Source: Spongospora subterranea f. sp. subterranea (lineage: Eukaryota). From it: 64,000 nucleotides of DNA. The notes under the pieces were generated by a model that was given only the letters and a program-made list of their open reading frames with translations, searched no databases and was not told the origin of the DNA. The stretch's first letter is position 1. Each line of letters opens with the position of its first letter. Positions 12,001-27,007 of the stretch are shown piece after piece. Where the stretch lies: assembly GCA_049724395.1 (NCBI GenBank), contig JAUGWO010000120.1, positions 124,001-188,000 of the forward strand, read 5' to 3'. Both the position numbers and the translations under genes were made by a program.

Positions 12001-13498
12001 ATTAGAATGTTTTGGTCGACCTGTTCAACCTACATTTCCCCCAGCGGTGAGAAACAGTCAATCAACGTCAAGTTTTTGGTGTCACCATGATCGTGATGAT
12101 GGCCTTTGACCCGATGAGTTATCTGTGTCAAATCTCATTGAGTACGGTAAGTCAGAATCAATTATCAGGATTAGGTATTAGACTGGGCTTACTTACTCTC
12201 TTGAAGACATGAACAACGATAATTCACGGTTGGTGATATAGTCCTAGACAACAACGGGGCACACCAACCGATTCCATTTTGATTTCTTATCTCAAGAATT
12301 GGGGAAATAACAACGTTGTCCAATTCTGCGTTCAATCGATTACTGCATATCATCAATTGGATCATGTTGTGCATGACGCTTAGAAACAGTTCATGATGTC
12401 GATGCTGAATCATTGCCGCACTGATTCCCGGCAAATTCAAAACGTCTACAATATTCGTCTAATCGAAGTCATGTCATTGTAAAGGATTTTGAAATACTGG
12501 GATCTTTTGGAAACAAAATGGCACCTTTGGGCAATCTACACGCATGTGATCACCAGTTATTGCTATAGAGTCCCAATGATGACAATGAACTTACAACCAT
12601 ATCCAAATTATCGTTGATCTCTACTACTGCAAGAAATGTGACTCTTGAGCAAATAAACATATTTGGCGATTCCAAGAGTGAGACAGACTTGGCATGCGAT
12701 GCTAATTTTGCTCATATCTTCTCTGGGAATACGAATCATATTTCACTGAAAACAAAAAAGGCCAGTACAGTACCATCAGTTTCATGTTCCTTCGTGTCAT
12801 TGTAAATTCACTAGATATTAAAACAGCGGTTTTGTCGACGATTGGAATTGACTCCATTGCCGGTTTTCCCCAGAATTCCACAGTTTAGGTCTTGTTAATG
12901 CGGAAAACGATGCCGGGACTGGATTACCTTCAATACCGTATTTACATAAAATTGGAAAGGCTGGTATATTGCCAGACAGCAGTGCACCAGGAGGACTGTT
13001 CAGTGCCTGACCATACAACCATGCATTTCGGGTCAATCGGGCACCTCTGAAGAATTTGGATAAGATTCGGGTTCCTGCTTGAGACCGAACTTGATTTGGC
13101 AACTCTGTGCTATTGCCTACGGCAGTATTGTATGAAGAGGTGTGCAAACAATCAAGGCAATATCGCATTGGAATTGCCTGGTTAACCTGGATGGGCCAGA
13201 AACCAAATGCAAAGTTCAAACAAGCCCTGTGGACTATACAGCAAATGTGCTAACGAGTTGATGCGTTTAGAAAAACAGGACAGCTTTGATAGATTCCTCA
13301 ACCGGAAAACGACAAGGTTTGCATTGCTCAGAAGTGATAAGCGTGGCGCCATTCCATATCGTATATCAACCCGGGTTGCAATTGCGGACAAGTTGATCAC
13401 ATTATATCCACAAAACACAGCTAAGCCCCCCCTTTGATTCCCCAACTGGATAATTTGATTCCCCAACTGGAAAATTTATCGATTTTTAAAAGCTTTGT

Positions 13499-16222
13499 TT
13501 ATTGCCACAGCTGAAACGCTGGGTTATCGGTCTCGTCAAAATACCGGTAGCTGGACGGAAATGAGGTTCGAGAAAACTCGAGGAAACGGTCCCGTTCTGA
13601 TCCGATCCCTATTAGCACACGTGCAACGTCGCCCCCAGAATGTCGATAGTGGACACTGGCAATGTTGAACCCTCCATCGCCAACAACCTGCTGCAGAAGC
13701 CGGATCAAAGCTCCAGACCTCTCAGGGTATTCAAAACGAAAAATCTGACCAATAGTCGATTTGATTAGCGATACGGTGAAGGTGGATCATTGAAGTGAAC
13801 TTGAAATAGATAGAACTACAGAAAACATTTTGTTGATAAAGAAGTGGTACTTTGGGCGGATTTAGGATTTAAAAGTGGGTAAATATGCCCTCATCTCCTC
13901 ATTTCACAGAAACCGGAGAGAAGAGATTTGTTATAACTTAAAACTGTTTCCAGATTCGTTTTCTTTTAAAAATTGTCAAGAAGAAATGATTATTAACTAT
14001 TATTAGGCCAGTTGATGTAGCGAGTAGTCTTATTACCGCTTTCTGTTGGGCGTAGGACACGACATTGCCGATCTGATACCGCAGGTGCACCTTCCCATAC
14101 TCATTATAGGTCAGATCAACGGCACTATAGGCGTCATCAGAATTGATGGCGATCTGGATTGATTTGGCCTCATCGCTATCATGAACGGCAATACCAAGCA
14201 GTATACGATCCCCGGCCAGGGTCAACTCGTTAATGGCGCCACTGCCAATCGGTAACAGGCGGAGCAAGTCGCATACGTTACGATGACAGTCAGCACGTTT
14301 CCGAACAGCCAGTAACGCCAGACGCTCTTGACCCAGTTCTGCCCGGTCGACGATGAAGCGGAGCCGATCGAAATTGAGGTTTGCGCCGCAGGCGACACAT
14401 ACGAGGTTGGTGACGGGGACAAGACCTGGGTGGCGATGGGCGTAGACCTTGGCACCGGCAACAGACATTGCCCCAGATGGTTCGAGGATGGACCGTGTGT
14501 CCATGAACACGTCCTTGATAGCGGCACATACCTGATCCGTCGTCACCTATGTTGGTTAATACGCATCATCAGACAATGCAAAACGGTGTTTGAAGAAAGG
14601 GGTGTCCCGCAGTCAATTAATGTTTTCAGATTTGATTATTTAATGGTAAATTGGCAGTGTTGACCGCCAGATAACTGGGATTACTTCATATTAAGCAATC
14701 TAATATAGCAGCGAAACCAGAAATCAAATCCAATCTCATTGCTATCAGCGTTAACGTAAAGGGCAACTGTTAACCATTCGATTCAGAATCATGCTACCTC
14801 AACGATTTCGTCAACATATAGCTGAGCGAGGCGAAATGTCTCATTGCCGACTTGTCGAATGGCGGTGCCATCGGCGAACAGGCCCACATCATCTAAGGCG
14901 ATCGGCTTTCCAGCTGCAAGACTCAGCGCCATGGAGTTGGAGTCGACTGTCTGGACCCCGATGATACGAACATCAGGGCGAACGTGTCGCACGTAGGCGG
15001 CGATACCGGCGATCATTCCACCGCCGCCTGAGACGTATCTAAATTTGAACAGAGCCGCCTTTCTAGAAATGCATGGCAAACAATGATTGTAAATTGCACA
15101 AACTGAAATGTGGTATTATTGGTGGAAAACATAAACATTATTGACTTTTGTAATGGCGAATTTTAAAAGATTACGGCAACGAAATCCTAAGCCACTGAGC
15201 GGGTGAAGAAATATATATTTGGTAGAATTGACAACGCGCTTATGCACTGACCAACGGCGACGAATATGGCATGGATCGGAGCCGAACATTGACGAAGGAT
15301 TTCCTATATACCGACGCAATGATCAGTCTAAACGAGATTACTCTCTTTTGAGATATGAACAGGACTTGTCGTAATTCACAAAAGAGCCTCAACAGTATGT
15401 GCCAACAACAACAACAACTACAACTAGCGAAAGATGTGCTGCCAACCATTGGTTTCCGATTGCAGATATACGGTTGGTTTACTTTGCAGTGATTTTCTGC
15501 TAACAACTTCCAGGAATAGAAAATTCGATGATGTACAGTAATTGAGGAAAACATGAACAACAAATGAATTGGAGCCAGGGCAACCTAGATTGTTAAATTT
15601 GTCTCATGAGATTACAGAAACATGATGTCAATCAATACAAAACAAACAAATTACACCAATAACGGTGAAACAACTACACTCAATCGTTGTCAACTTATCT
15701 GATGTCGACATACAGAAAGGGGATATTTAGGGTGATTCGTACCATTCCTATTGTTCCTTGACCAGCAATAACCATATGGTCATCAAAAGGGTGGACGAAT
15801 GTCATCCCACTATCGTTTTCTAGCTGTTTCGCATGTTGCAACGCATCGGCGAACGTATCGCCGAATAGGACGATATGGACTGGACCACCAAGGGCCTTCA
15901 CCGCTTCCAACTTCACTGGCGCCGTCGTTTTCGGCATCACAATCGTTGCCCGGCAGTTGAGTTTGTTCGCTGCCAGGGCCACGCCCTGCGCGTGATTCCC
16001 AGCGCTGGCACAGACAACGCCACGATCTCTGGCGACCTGAGTCAAATTCACCATCATATTATAGGCCCCACGAAGCTTGAAGCTTTTAATGGGCTGCAAA
16101 TCTTCGCGCTTCAGCAGAAGCTGAAGACCAAGACGTCTGGACAGAAGCGGCGCCAACTGAAGCGGGCTTTCAATGGCGACATCGTAGACGCGAGCTCTGA
16201 GGATATCACACAGATAGTCCAT
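13499..16222 (-). CDS. ilvA: Biosynthetic threonine dehydratase
   Basis: Five exons (approx. 16222-15743, 15303-15252, 15027-14798, 14546-14035, 13744-13499). [16 protein letters not shown] (PLP lysine), [47 protein letters not shown]. Confidence 0.95.
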
Positions 16223-18270
16223 TGCTTTTGAAGATTCGGTCCAGGCGATATTTCTGATTGAGTTGATGAATCATGTTGACAAGATATTCTGGAATATTGA
16301 ACCAACGGCTCGGCAAGATCAAGCATCTCATCAACGCCGATTAAAAGATACACCATAGGGAACCTAGGGCAATGAAAAATCACGGAACCAGTTTCAAGAC
16401 GAGTCACAAATTGCAGCAAACAGAAGCGAAATTGCGCCAAACCGGTTTGTGACTGTTACTGACCATTACAAAAAAAGGACCCGTGAAAGGTGAAGATTAG
16501 AACCGTTTAGGGAAACGAGTCTGGTAATGGCGCCAAAACGTCCCCGCAACTATCGGATGAGAAACGATCCAAACTTACCTAATTTAATGTTGATTCTATG
16601 ATCTGGTTTACTTCTTACAATTAACCGCTTCCTGATTCGTCCTAATCTATAGTCTACCGGTCGATACTACAGTTGCACGCCTCACCGCTATCCTGTTATC
16701 CGCCTAGGTAGCTATGAAAGCCCTATAGGCCAATGTCGTGTGGCTGCCTGAATTAATACTGAGAGGGACAGTTCCAAATGTCTTTGTCCAGAGATTTGCC
16801 ATCGCCCACATTTCTACTCTGAACCTGTTGTGCCTTTTGTCGCTTTCACGATGCTTCTTTCTCGGGTTCTTTTTTGTTCGGCCGCCCCTTTGTTTTGACT
16901 TTGAGCGGATTCAAGACAAGAGTCAACGAGGTTTGCTCAGACCTTTGTTGTTGTATATGCGTTGATGCATGTAACAGCGTCTGTAGGGATATCAAATTTC
17001 AACTAACCAGCTCGTAGTTCGGATCATCGTAAGTGTTTTCAAATCCTTTACTATCGATGACAGTTCGGACACCCGCTGTCTGACTTGGATTAGCGACTTC
17101 CAGTTCATGATTGACAGTATCCTTTCAGCGCATGCCAACGTCTGGAACTGCAACGATGAAAAGTCTCTTTTCCACCGAGGATTATTGGACATTCCAGCAA
17201 CTTCGTTTGCCGAAAACGGAGAGAAGGTGGCGCCATACGATTCCGTGCCAGACATTCTTGCGGCAAGAACATGGATGGGCAGTTGCGTTCTGTGCAAAAA
17301 TAATAGGTCTGGACTTTGAAGGGTATTGGCGATGAGAAACCTCATAGATGATGAAACTGTCACCCTCCTTCCTGGGATCGCATGTTCAAAAAAAAACAAT
17401 GTACATTCATCCTTGAGAATCTCAGCAGCATAAAGTGTAAGCAATTTCGTCGCATTTCAATGATTGGATCAGTACTTTGGCAGTCGGATAATTTCGTATT
17501 CAAAGATGCCAGCGCGATTTTGCGAGCTAAGGTCTCATCTAGGCGCTCAAAGCAAACCACGAGTTAAGAAAGCGTCGAATTGTTGATCAGATCGCATTTT
17601 GTCTGGAAGTTGACAGATTCCTGGCATTGTTTCGAACTGAAACCAGCAACGAAACTGCTGTGGCTGTAAGCGAACGCTTACTTTGCTTCCTTAGCCTGCA
17701 ACGTTGTGATGTAATCGCTGGTGATTGGTTTATGCGCCTACTTCGCTTTCAGCATTTCTTGTTCAGAGCGATATGCGTCCAGTTCTGTTGCCTTGCACTT
17801 CGCTGCATCACAGGACATTTTGCAATGTGATTGCAGCTTGTTTCGCTTTGACAAAAGACCTGGAGTGAGAACCGGTTTAAAAAAGAATTGCTCAGACCTG
17901 GGTTTTACTGGGATATGGGCACTCGACCTCGGCCAATTATGATGGATAGCTGTCTTCACCCTGATGTATTTCGATAAACCCAGAATCTATTGGTTCATCT
18001 GAACCAGACAAAGTCGGAATGAATATGCTTCTAATACGCCCAAACATGAAAGCATAGAAGGTACCGCCGTATTCTTGTATGTTGTACGTTTGGGCGGTTA
18101 GCATACTTGAAATGCGAAGCTTCGCATTCCACGAACACGATGAAATCTGACAGCGAGACGGCGAATATATGATCTGAAAAGTATAACTGTATTGGAATAA
18201 ATTGCCCAAATATCATGGCAGAAAAACAAACATCAGACAGTCTAAGTGATCTGATCACGAATTGCTTCCA

Positions 18271-21200
18271 TCATGGCCGCCCGGTTTGTTCGGGTTTGCT
18301 TCCATCATGGCCGCCCGGCTTGTTCGGGTTAGCACCGACCAGTAAGCGGCGTTTGAGCGGGTCGGCCAACTCAGTTAAGTCGTTACCATCGGCTGCAGAT
18401 TGGTTGTCCCCGGACGCGACCGCTTTGATCTTGGTCATGAGCCCAGACACGACGGCGCGCCCTTTTGTCATTGGATGCGGCGAAGGCTGGATCGGAGAAG
18501 AGCCGATTGGTAGATCGATATCCAATGCAGTGAGGTCTACGAAAACAGGTCGGTCACCTGCAGTACAACAGAAAGCAACAAAATGTTTCCGAGAAAGCCA
18601 GAGAAAAATGACGGTTACCAAAAAAAATACCAGAGCAGTTGATTCTAACTGAAAGCCAAAAATGGATCAGTAAAAAATCCAAGACATTTCGCGTTCAGCT
18701 TCATTAGCAGAACATGGGAAATCTCTGTTTTTGGAGATCGAAAAAATCCAAATCCAGCAGTTTGTTACCATCATTGCGGCGAGTTCGTCGCTGTAAGAAC
18801 CCATTGGCATCGGCAGTGCTACCACCGAACTTATAGCGCAGAAATCCCGCCAGACCAGGACCAGCCTGACGCAGCGCTGAACGGATAAAATCCCTTCGCA
18901 ATCGCCTTGCAAATTTAGCAGTCGTCCACGTCTTTTTTTGGTAGAGTACGGGAGGCATTCTGATAGATAAACCTTGAAAATCGGCTATACAAAAACATCA
19001 AGTCATTAACAGCGTCGACAGCCGCTTACATGAATTAAAAGCAAACACGTTTTTTGGTTAAAATAACTGAATATATTCAGGAACTGCAATAGGCGACACA
19101 GTGTATCACTGTGGACCCGACAATAGACGTGCGATTATTTTCCGAAATAAGCATAATCAATTGCAAGTTACGAACTAGAGAAACCAACCTAATCCACTGG
19201 CTCCTGATCCCTTGAAACTGACTGTGAGTCGGATGGCACCTATACGTAGATAGGTGATTACGATGCTGTTTGGGCTGCATACCGCAGTCTCAGCGGTTGA
19301 GGCACGATCTTGGACGGAGATCACTTCATCGAAAGAAGTCGAATTTCCAGCTTTGCTGCTGGTGCTAGCCGGCATTTGCTGATCATGAGTACCCAAAACC
19401 CCAGAAGCTCTCGGCACAAGACGCGACTTTACGATCAGATCTGAATCCGTCACTCCCATGTCCGATATGAAATTAGCCAGCTGATCGGTCAACGTCTGTG
19501 TTAACCGCACAACCAGGTGTGCCATATTTAATATGCACGAACAGATAACACATATACCGCCGACTCTTTTCACGACGGTCTGCAAAGTCAACACGACTCT
19601 GTTTTCGGCGTGCCGTTGGGTGTCATCTGAAACGACACCGGATGCCGAGAAATGATGAGCCGGTATGACAATCGTATTCCATTCCTCGCTTAAGTTGCGA
19701 CCATCGTGTATGCGCAGATCTCTAATCTCGAACGACAGCTGAAAGGAGCCTTCCCCGGTCAACTGAACCTGCAGAAGGGCAGCGCACGTCAAGAGAGTCA
19801 GACGAACAAACTCAACTCGGTTCATCAGAAGCAGCGAAAGTGTGACGTTTTCTAGACGAACTTGAACGTTTAAGGAAACTTCTGAAAGAAAACCAGGAAG
19901 AGATGACTTTACAATTGGTAATGACGAAATGGTGTCGGTATACTGCTGACGCAGCGCCGCCATATGCGCAGCCAGTAAAACTAGCTCGTTGTCGCTGGAA
20001 GTCATCTCGACTCCGCTGTCCAAAAGGTCATTCGCGTCGTGAAACACTCCCATTAACCATTCCAGATGTCTAATTTGCCACAGAATGCGCTGATGGTCCG
20101 AGATGCGACCATCGGCAAAATTTGGGGTAAGTACGAAAGATGGCGGCGACGGCGAAACAGGAGGAAGCTCGGATGTGACGACCTGCCCGATAATTGAGCC
20201 CAACAGCGCGCATTGTGAAGAATCAAGAGATGTGATTATTCCTGGAACCAGAATACAGACAGAATGGGCAGAAGTAGACGATGGATAAACAACGGCGCTA
20301 GCCTAAGGATAAAATCCGTTCAGTATCTGCAGGAGGCACAGTCAATATATCGATATAAAATGCGAAACCCATTTCTCAACTTTAATATATATTACAAGAA
20401 GAAAGAACATAGGAACACAATACCTGGACAGGGAAAGGATCGATAATGGGTTTGATGACACAGTGATCCTCTTTTTGAAAATCGAACCACATGACACCAG
20501 CGTCGACATCGATATCAGTAGGCGCCAGGCGAACCGTGAGGTGATCAATTAAAAGACGTAGATCGATGCGGGCGGCGTTTACAGTGGGTGGCGCCTCTTG
20601 GTCTCCATCACAAAAGGACCTCGCTGTGATCAGGGCAGGAGGACATACACATCAGCAGAATTCCACGAGCACTTTCATCGCATGACTCAAGGGCGAACTG
20701 AGCGCAAGTTACCTCTGAACTTCAAGATTACAGAGAGTTGGCGTCTTCCCAAGGTTTATGACTTACCAATTGATGCAATATCAAGTAGCGATACAGGGTT
20801 AATGGATAATGAATCAGGAGATATCGGAATCACCGGGTTATTTTCGGTGATGGGCGAAATGTTTTCTTCATCGGGCTCTTTTAATGAAGATAACAAGCGA
20901 TCCTCGCTCGTGACCGCCGTCTCGTCTTCGTCCGAGTTTTCATCCCCGGAGGATACAGCGTCATCCAATTCGCTCTGGACTTCGATTGGCTCAACTTGGG
21001 AGACAAGGGGTCGGATTTTCGCATTGGATTCCAAAATTTGCATATAAGACCTCCACAACAGCGCTGTACAATTCAATATATAATGGTTCAAGCATTGAGA
21101 GTGATATAGACGCACCGAGGGAATTACGCGATTCAAGGGTTAACCTAGCCTTGGGACTAGAGACTTTAACGGAGAATAAGTAAGAGAGAAGATCCCATAT

Positions 21201-24200
21201 CAGATACAGTGGAGAATCGACGAGCAGTTTGCGAGAGCGTGGGACGTACTGGCGGGGACGCAGCGCTTGTGGTGTTGTCATCAATGGAGAAAAAAGTCAA
21301 GAGCGACGTCACATACGCAGCGGGCTCTGTAGCTGGCGATTGCATTGCCGATGGTAATTTGGAGGCCGAGCGGAAACCCCATGATGTAGATGGCTTTTGC
21401 CATGCTTGACAAGACTCGACCAAGAACAGAAGACCGTTCTGCTTTCTGGGAACTGTACCTGCATTCTCCATCCTGATAGACTCGATGAGGCGGCGGATTC
21501 GAAACCAGCGTCGACGTCGAACATTATCGGTCCAATGACGTTTTGCAGAGTAACAGCGAGGGAAATCATGTGCGTACTCCCAGCCTTCTGGGTCAACGGT
21601 ACCCAAAGCATGCAACTGTCCACGATCGACTACCCAGTCCGATTCCCATTGCCAATGTTCAGCGCTGGGTAGATCGAATGCCGAACAAGTTTTGGGAAGT
21701 TCTTGAGTTCCATCAGCATCTGACCAGTTAGGACGATCGGTGGGCAGCAGACGAGAAAGCCAACCTTGACCAAGAATAAACCTCTGGTTCTCATACGTGT
21801 GTACAACCACGATATTTCCATCACGGATATCATGGAACAGTCTGCGTCCTGATTCTGTGATGAAAGAAATGCGATTAACCAGATTGCACTGATTAACAGT
21901 CGAGAACCTCTGCAATCGATTCAACAAAAAATGATGAAAAGAACGCCAGCAATCAGTTGGAAAAATGCAAACAAAAAGAATAATATTCTGAGATTTGATT
22001 ACGGATGCTGATAAATTATGAGTGACAACTAACCGCTTTTCCTCCAAAAAGAGTCATTGGCAACCAGACAGCCAGACAACAACGACGCACGAATGATGGT
22101 ATTATGCACAGCAGCATCACGAAAAATAAATTCGGAATATAGGGACGCAAGACAAACGCGTAGACCCTGGCCAGGATCATTGTTATTTTCAGCGTCAAGC
22201 AACGTAAATGACAGGTTGGAAAACGACAGTTTTGTGCATGTGAGATCCAATGATGACGCATCCGGCGAGGAAACCGGTGGCAACTCATTCTTGAACCGAT
22301 TCATGAACGTCAGTAAGAATGGAAGATTGTGCTTGTTTAACATGATACGTGTTTCCATCGAATCACGACCACAAGATAACGAGATAGCGATGGGAACCCG
22401 ATCGCAACGAAAAGCAGCAAAAGGGTCCTTATTGAAACAATCCTCGATACTGTCGGCGCTGTCATACACCCAAGCGTCAGAGCATTGAACATTATCTGAC
22501 GTTAAACATTTCAGCGTTATGGACGCGTTAATTAGAGGAATGAATATCAAGATATTGTCGTCGTACGAAAAAATGTCGGCATTGTCCAAGTTTTCTTCAA
22601 ATGAAGACGATGACACTTGAATCTGTGTACGATTACTATTTTCGGAGTCATGGAGTCGTAAACTTATGCTTTCCACATCAAAAGAACATGAAAGCTTTTC
22701 CGCTGCGTACATGAATGTACATCTTTCGACTTTGAGGCGAAGAAAATGATGTGAAACTGTATCTGTGCTTGTGACAAACGTCATGCGATTAAGAAACGAG
22801 CAAGACAGTTCCGTCAAGCTGATGTTCGATATGGATTTGAGATGGATGAGGTAGCGTCCAACATCCATCAAAGTTAAAGAGTGCGTATTATGGTCGAAAA
22901 GACGGGGACGAAACCGTTCAAGCGCTTTTAAGATATCTACGGCCGTCCGCGAGAGGCATGGCGCAACAGTGAAACACGCTCTGGAAATTTGGCATGACGA
23001 GACATCGATTAATGCCATCATCGGATAATATGGTACAGAGCACGTGGCTTGATGATGGGGCCCCAGTTCAACCTGAACCTGTTGGCTAGGACCCCCTGTC
23101 CCGTGCAAAATAACAACGTTGACGCCCCCAGTCATCGCCGACATATCAATAACAGCAGGGCTAAACTGTCGTAAGTGCACCTAGAAGAAAAATAAGAAAA
23201 CGACCTTCTGATAAATCGAAACTAAACTTCCAGGCAACGGATGTCAAGCCTGACGGTAGAATCAACAATAATCCGTGCAGATAAAGACTCGGATATTGGA
23301 TTCAATCCAAAACACACTGTAACCTCTGAAAACAACTTTAGAACGCAGTACTTCAAACGACAATGTGTTCCCAACCAATCATACTAATGGAGACGCGGAC
23401 CAGACTGCCGAGACGAAAATCCCCTGGGGTTTGTACGCCCGCTGCGGCTTCGGTATCGTAGAACGACCAACATTTGTTGTGCATGGAGCGAAGTTTGCCA
23501 ATACGTGCTCCGAAGAGTGCAAAATTAGTTTCCGACAGGCGAGTCGACATCAATGAAATCCTGGAATCCGCAAGTAACTTTCCTGTTCGACGTTGATGCT
23601 CTCGAATTTTGAGCCGCAACAATTCTCTCCTGAAACAGTAATCAGGCCCATGTGGCAGAGCGCGGGTTGAGAAAATGAATACACATTTACCTGGAGCCAG
23701 CTGCTACTCTTTCGTCTAAACCCAACGGATGTACCTGAATTCAAGAGTCACGGCACCATGGAAGAGTGGCACACTATTTTCTCACATTATGAACCCAAGA
23801 ATCCCACTGGTTGTCAATGATGCAAACAGATAAGTTCTGAATTTTGGCGGAATGCGACGACGTGGACAATGGCGGGGGCTCAATGTAACCTGGACCGCCA
23901 AGTCGCCGAACGAGTTCATCGATCGTTGGCAGGGTGAGCAAAGCTGTAGAAAAGCCTCGAGCATGGACGAGGATCTGTTCTTGGTTGAATCGTCGATGAA
24001 AATCGGATTCTAAACCAGGAATGCGAATGCTGACATCGACTATGTCAACACGATTGGGTGCCGCCAGCAGCGTCATCGCTCCCGTTTCACTCAGCAACGG
24101 GTCACGTTTGATGTCCATTAGAGAAAGTGTGGGGATTGAGCTTTGACGAACAGAGTTCAATGCTGAGATATTCAGCATGGGAAAACCCAAGAACGTCAAG

Positions 24201-26369
24201 GCCACACGTTCCAACTGTGCATGTGAGCGTTAGTCATGCCTAAAATACCACCAGCAGCATTACTTGAATATGGAACGGCATGAATTCAGAGTAGAACAGC
24301 CCAATATGTATTCTGGCGTCGATAAACGGAGTGAGTTGCCCAATAATTATGACATCATGCACATCCAGGCTGACAACTTGTAAAGATTCCGCCAAGTACG
24401 GCGCCCTAGTTCTATAAGCCCAGTCGTCAAGAACGGAACCAGCCGCCGGTAAGCCTTGGGGAACCTGAAAATTATTAAGCCTCTTCTCAATAAGATTTCC
24501 TCAACAAGGTCAAAAACCGTCTCACCATTGTAGGTCGTTTAGGCGGCGATTGATATTGAGCGTCAAATATAAGAGGGAATAGCTCATATTTGCAGTTGAT
24601 AACTGAAGCAATGACTTGTTTGATAAACAGAAGAAGAGATAATTGCATACCGGGACTCCATGTTCCTAAAATATATAAGGATAAACATGAACATTGATTA
24701 TATAAAGTTCAAAACAGTCTCGCACCTCTGACACAACTGCCGGTGACGTGCAAAGTTTTGTGCGGCATGTCAGCTTTCGCCTGAAAGGATGTTATTGATA
24801 TAAAAAGTATGAAACTAACGGGTACCTGAGCACCGGTGAGTTTGAAGTGGCGGACTGTCAGAAAAGGGACTTCGTCATCATAAAAACAATGTGACTGTTC
24901 TAGCGATAAAGCCCAGCAAGTGCCAGGAGATGCCTCCAGAGCGGAAGAAGAGACGTTGCAAGAGAAGAATTCATTCACATTGACATGGACGTTGCCAGTA
25001 GAAAGACGCAAAGTGACAGTATTTCTAGGTGTAGGAGTCCCACCATGGGTAAATATGGCGCCGAAAGACAAACCCAGCTTAGTTATTGGAAGTAAATGTT
25101 GGGCGAACCCTAAAATAACCGTGATTTCAATATTCCCAAGCGTCAGTTTGACACAGCCCTCTTCGAAAACAGTGTCGAGACAATTCACCAAGACGAGATT
25201 TTTTTCCCCTGTGAGGACAGCCAAAGACACAAGGCTGACAAAGTCGGTCGACGGGTTATTACCAAACCGCAGCGCAGCTTCATCAATGCACAAACAGGCA
25301 ATAGAGCGTGAAACGAGAGATATTTCAACATTCGTCGCATATAATTGAAGTTCAGGAACTTGAGCAGGAGCTGGGTTTGGCGTGAGATACCTCGAATAGG
25401 ACAGGCACAATGAAATAATTTGCGGAATCCTTTCGGTGACATGCAATCGCAAACTAAAGACTGAAACTGAAACCGTAGTGGAGGATGCCATTAAGGAGAG
25501 ATGTCCTAAGAATAACGCTGGTTGCTGATCGGTGCTGACCGTTGCCACATGAACTGAGGCTTGTAAAGCCGCATCATTGCAATCATAGCGGAAACCGCTT
25601 TCGGCGACATGTACAACGACCCTATGTGATGACCGCAACTTGAAATTGGCAATCGACCCGGATAATGACAATAATGAGAAAGGAACATGATACCGACAAA
25701 CGACCTTGATATTAAATGCCTCCAGAGCTACAGCTTTAGAAAAAACGTACGCAACCCGAACAGATAACGAGCGACCGGAGCATATGCAGACTTCACTGAC
25801 GACAGCTGACGCAACAGTTCTCTTTCCATCTTGCTCTTGATCAGCTACCACCTGAACCGATCATCGTTAAAAACAATCGAAGCCAACTGAAGACGCAACT
25901 AAAAGACTCGCCTGGAATAGAATTTGATTCACACAGATTTGAATGTACGCTAAGAGCTGGGTCAAAAACAGGGTGATATAGGGCTATGCAAGGAATGATA
26001 AGACAGAGAATATAGACTGGCGATACAGGGAACATATACATTTACGACACGAAATGCGGCTGGAGGAGCAGATAGTTGGTCAAACCGTGGAGATAGACCC
26101 CATATGTTATATGTTATTTGTATCTTCGAGATAACAATACTCAATGATAATATATGAAAAGAGACAGAGTTGATGTAGATATTGAACTTGCTGCCAAATT
26201 CAATATTTATTTCCTGAAGCGATAAAAACGCGGCTTGGCCGATTCGAAGGCGGCATATGGAGCTCGGGATTGCGAGTCGTAGAAATGTGGTAATGCCGCT
26301 CCCAACCAATCTCGGTGACCAAATCGCGAATACAAAGAGAGCACATATCAGGGCAATGACAACCAGCAT
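18271..26369 (-). CDS. BLTP2/Hobbit/FMP27-like bridge-like lipid transfer protein with an internal DysF domain
   Basis: About 8 kb multi-exon gene: N-terminal TM anchor, long beta-strand-rich body, C-terminal Apt1-like ITYLRIGAIRLTVSFKG..RMPPVLYQKKTWTTAKFARRLRRD; DysF-like segment at about 21490-21810. Confidence 0.75.
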
Positions 26370-27007
26370 GGCCTACTCAAGACTTAGAGTGGCATGGGGT
26401 CAGACCAGAAGATGATCTGGATGGCAGAGCCCCCCAAACAAACAATCTAACAGCAATCAACTTTCACCAATAAAGTGAAAGGGGTTGTGCAACCCCCTAG
26501 CGGTCCTACGCGCTTTGTTTGTACTGTACACAAATTTTGTACAGTACATTTGTTATACTCGTACTCCTATTTGATACGGGGCGAGATCTGGGACGTGACA
26601 AACCCTGATCGCTTCGAAAAAAAGTGGATTTATCAGGATTTGTTCTACAAAAAGTCTAGAATAGGAAATTTGCCAACTGAGAAAAGAACTTGCATAGTGA
26701 AAAGTTTCTTAGTTGCCTTGATCTGTTCATAAAAACAACAGGAAAAAGTGTCAGACTCGTCAATTTGCTTCAGTTTGACCCAGAAGAACGAGGCCTTCTG
26801 TGAGCTCTGCTGCCTGAAGGAGACTAATGGTCAGTAATGTAGGTCTGTATACCGATAGCATCTCCTTGATTTGCTGGCTGCTGCAGACTTGTTGGAGTAG
26901 GCGGTCGTGATCGCTTGCCCAACCGACCTCGATGGCCCTTCGCAACTGGCTACTCAATTTTTTCCAACTTGGCGACTAAATGAACTTTTCGCAACAGGAT
27001 TTGCGCA

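Noticed and set aside
12540..13440. Possible RNase H or LINE remnant (NIFGDSK)
   Set aside because: A single short motif in broken frames is insufficient.
13424..13468. 21-bp direct repeat TTTGATTCCCCAACTGGA.AA, two copies
   Set aside because: Simple tandem duplication with no spacers; not CRISPR-like.
16720..18210. Overlapping short ORFs between ilvA and the BLTP2-like gene
   Set aside because: Probably a spliced gene, but I could not build a consistent model or recognise a domain.
20990..21210. Apparent frame changes in the BLTP2-like gene
   Set aside because: Phase-compatible GT-AG introns can explain them, so they were not counted as frameshifts.
21931..21995. ATGATGA...CTGA pair in a BLTP2-like intron
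   Set aside because: A-rich, with no internal boxes, guide or promoter; expected by chance.
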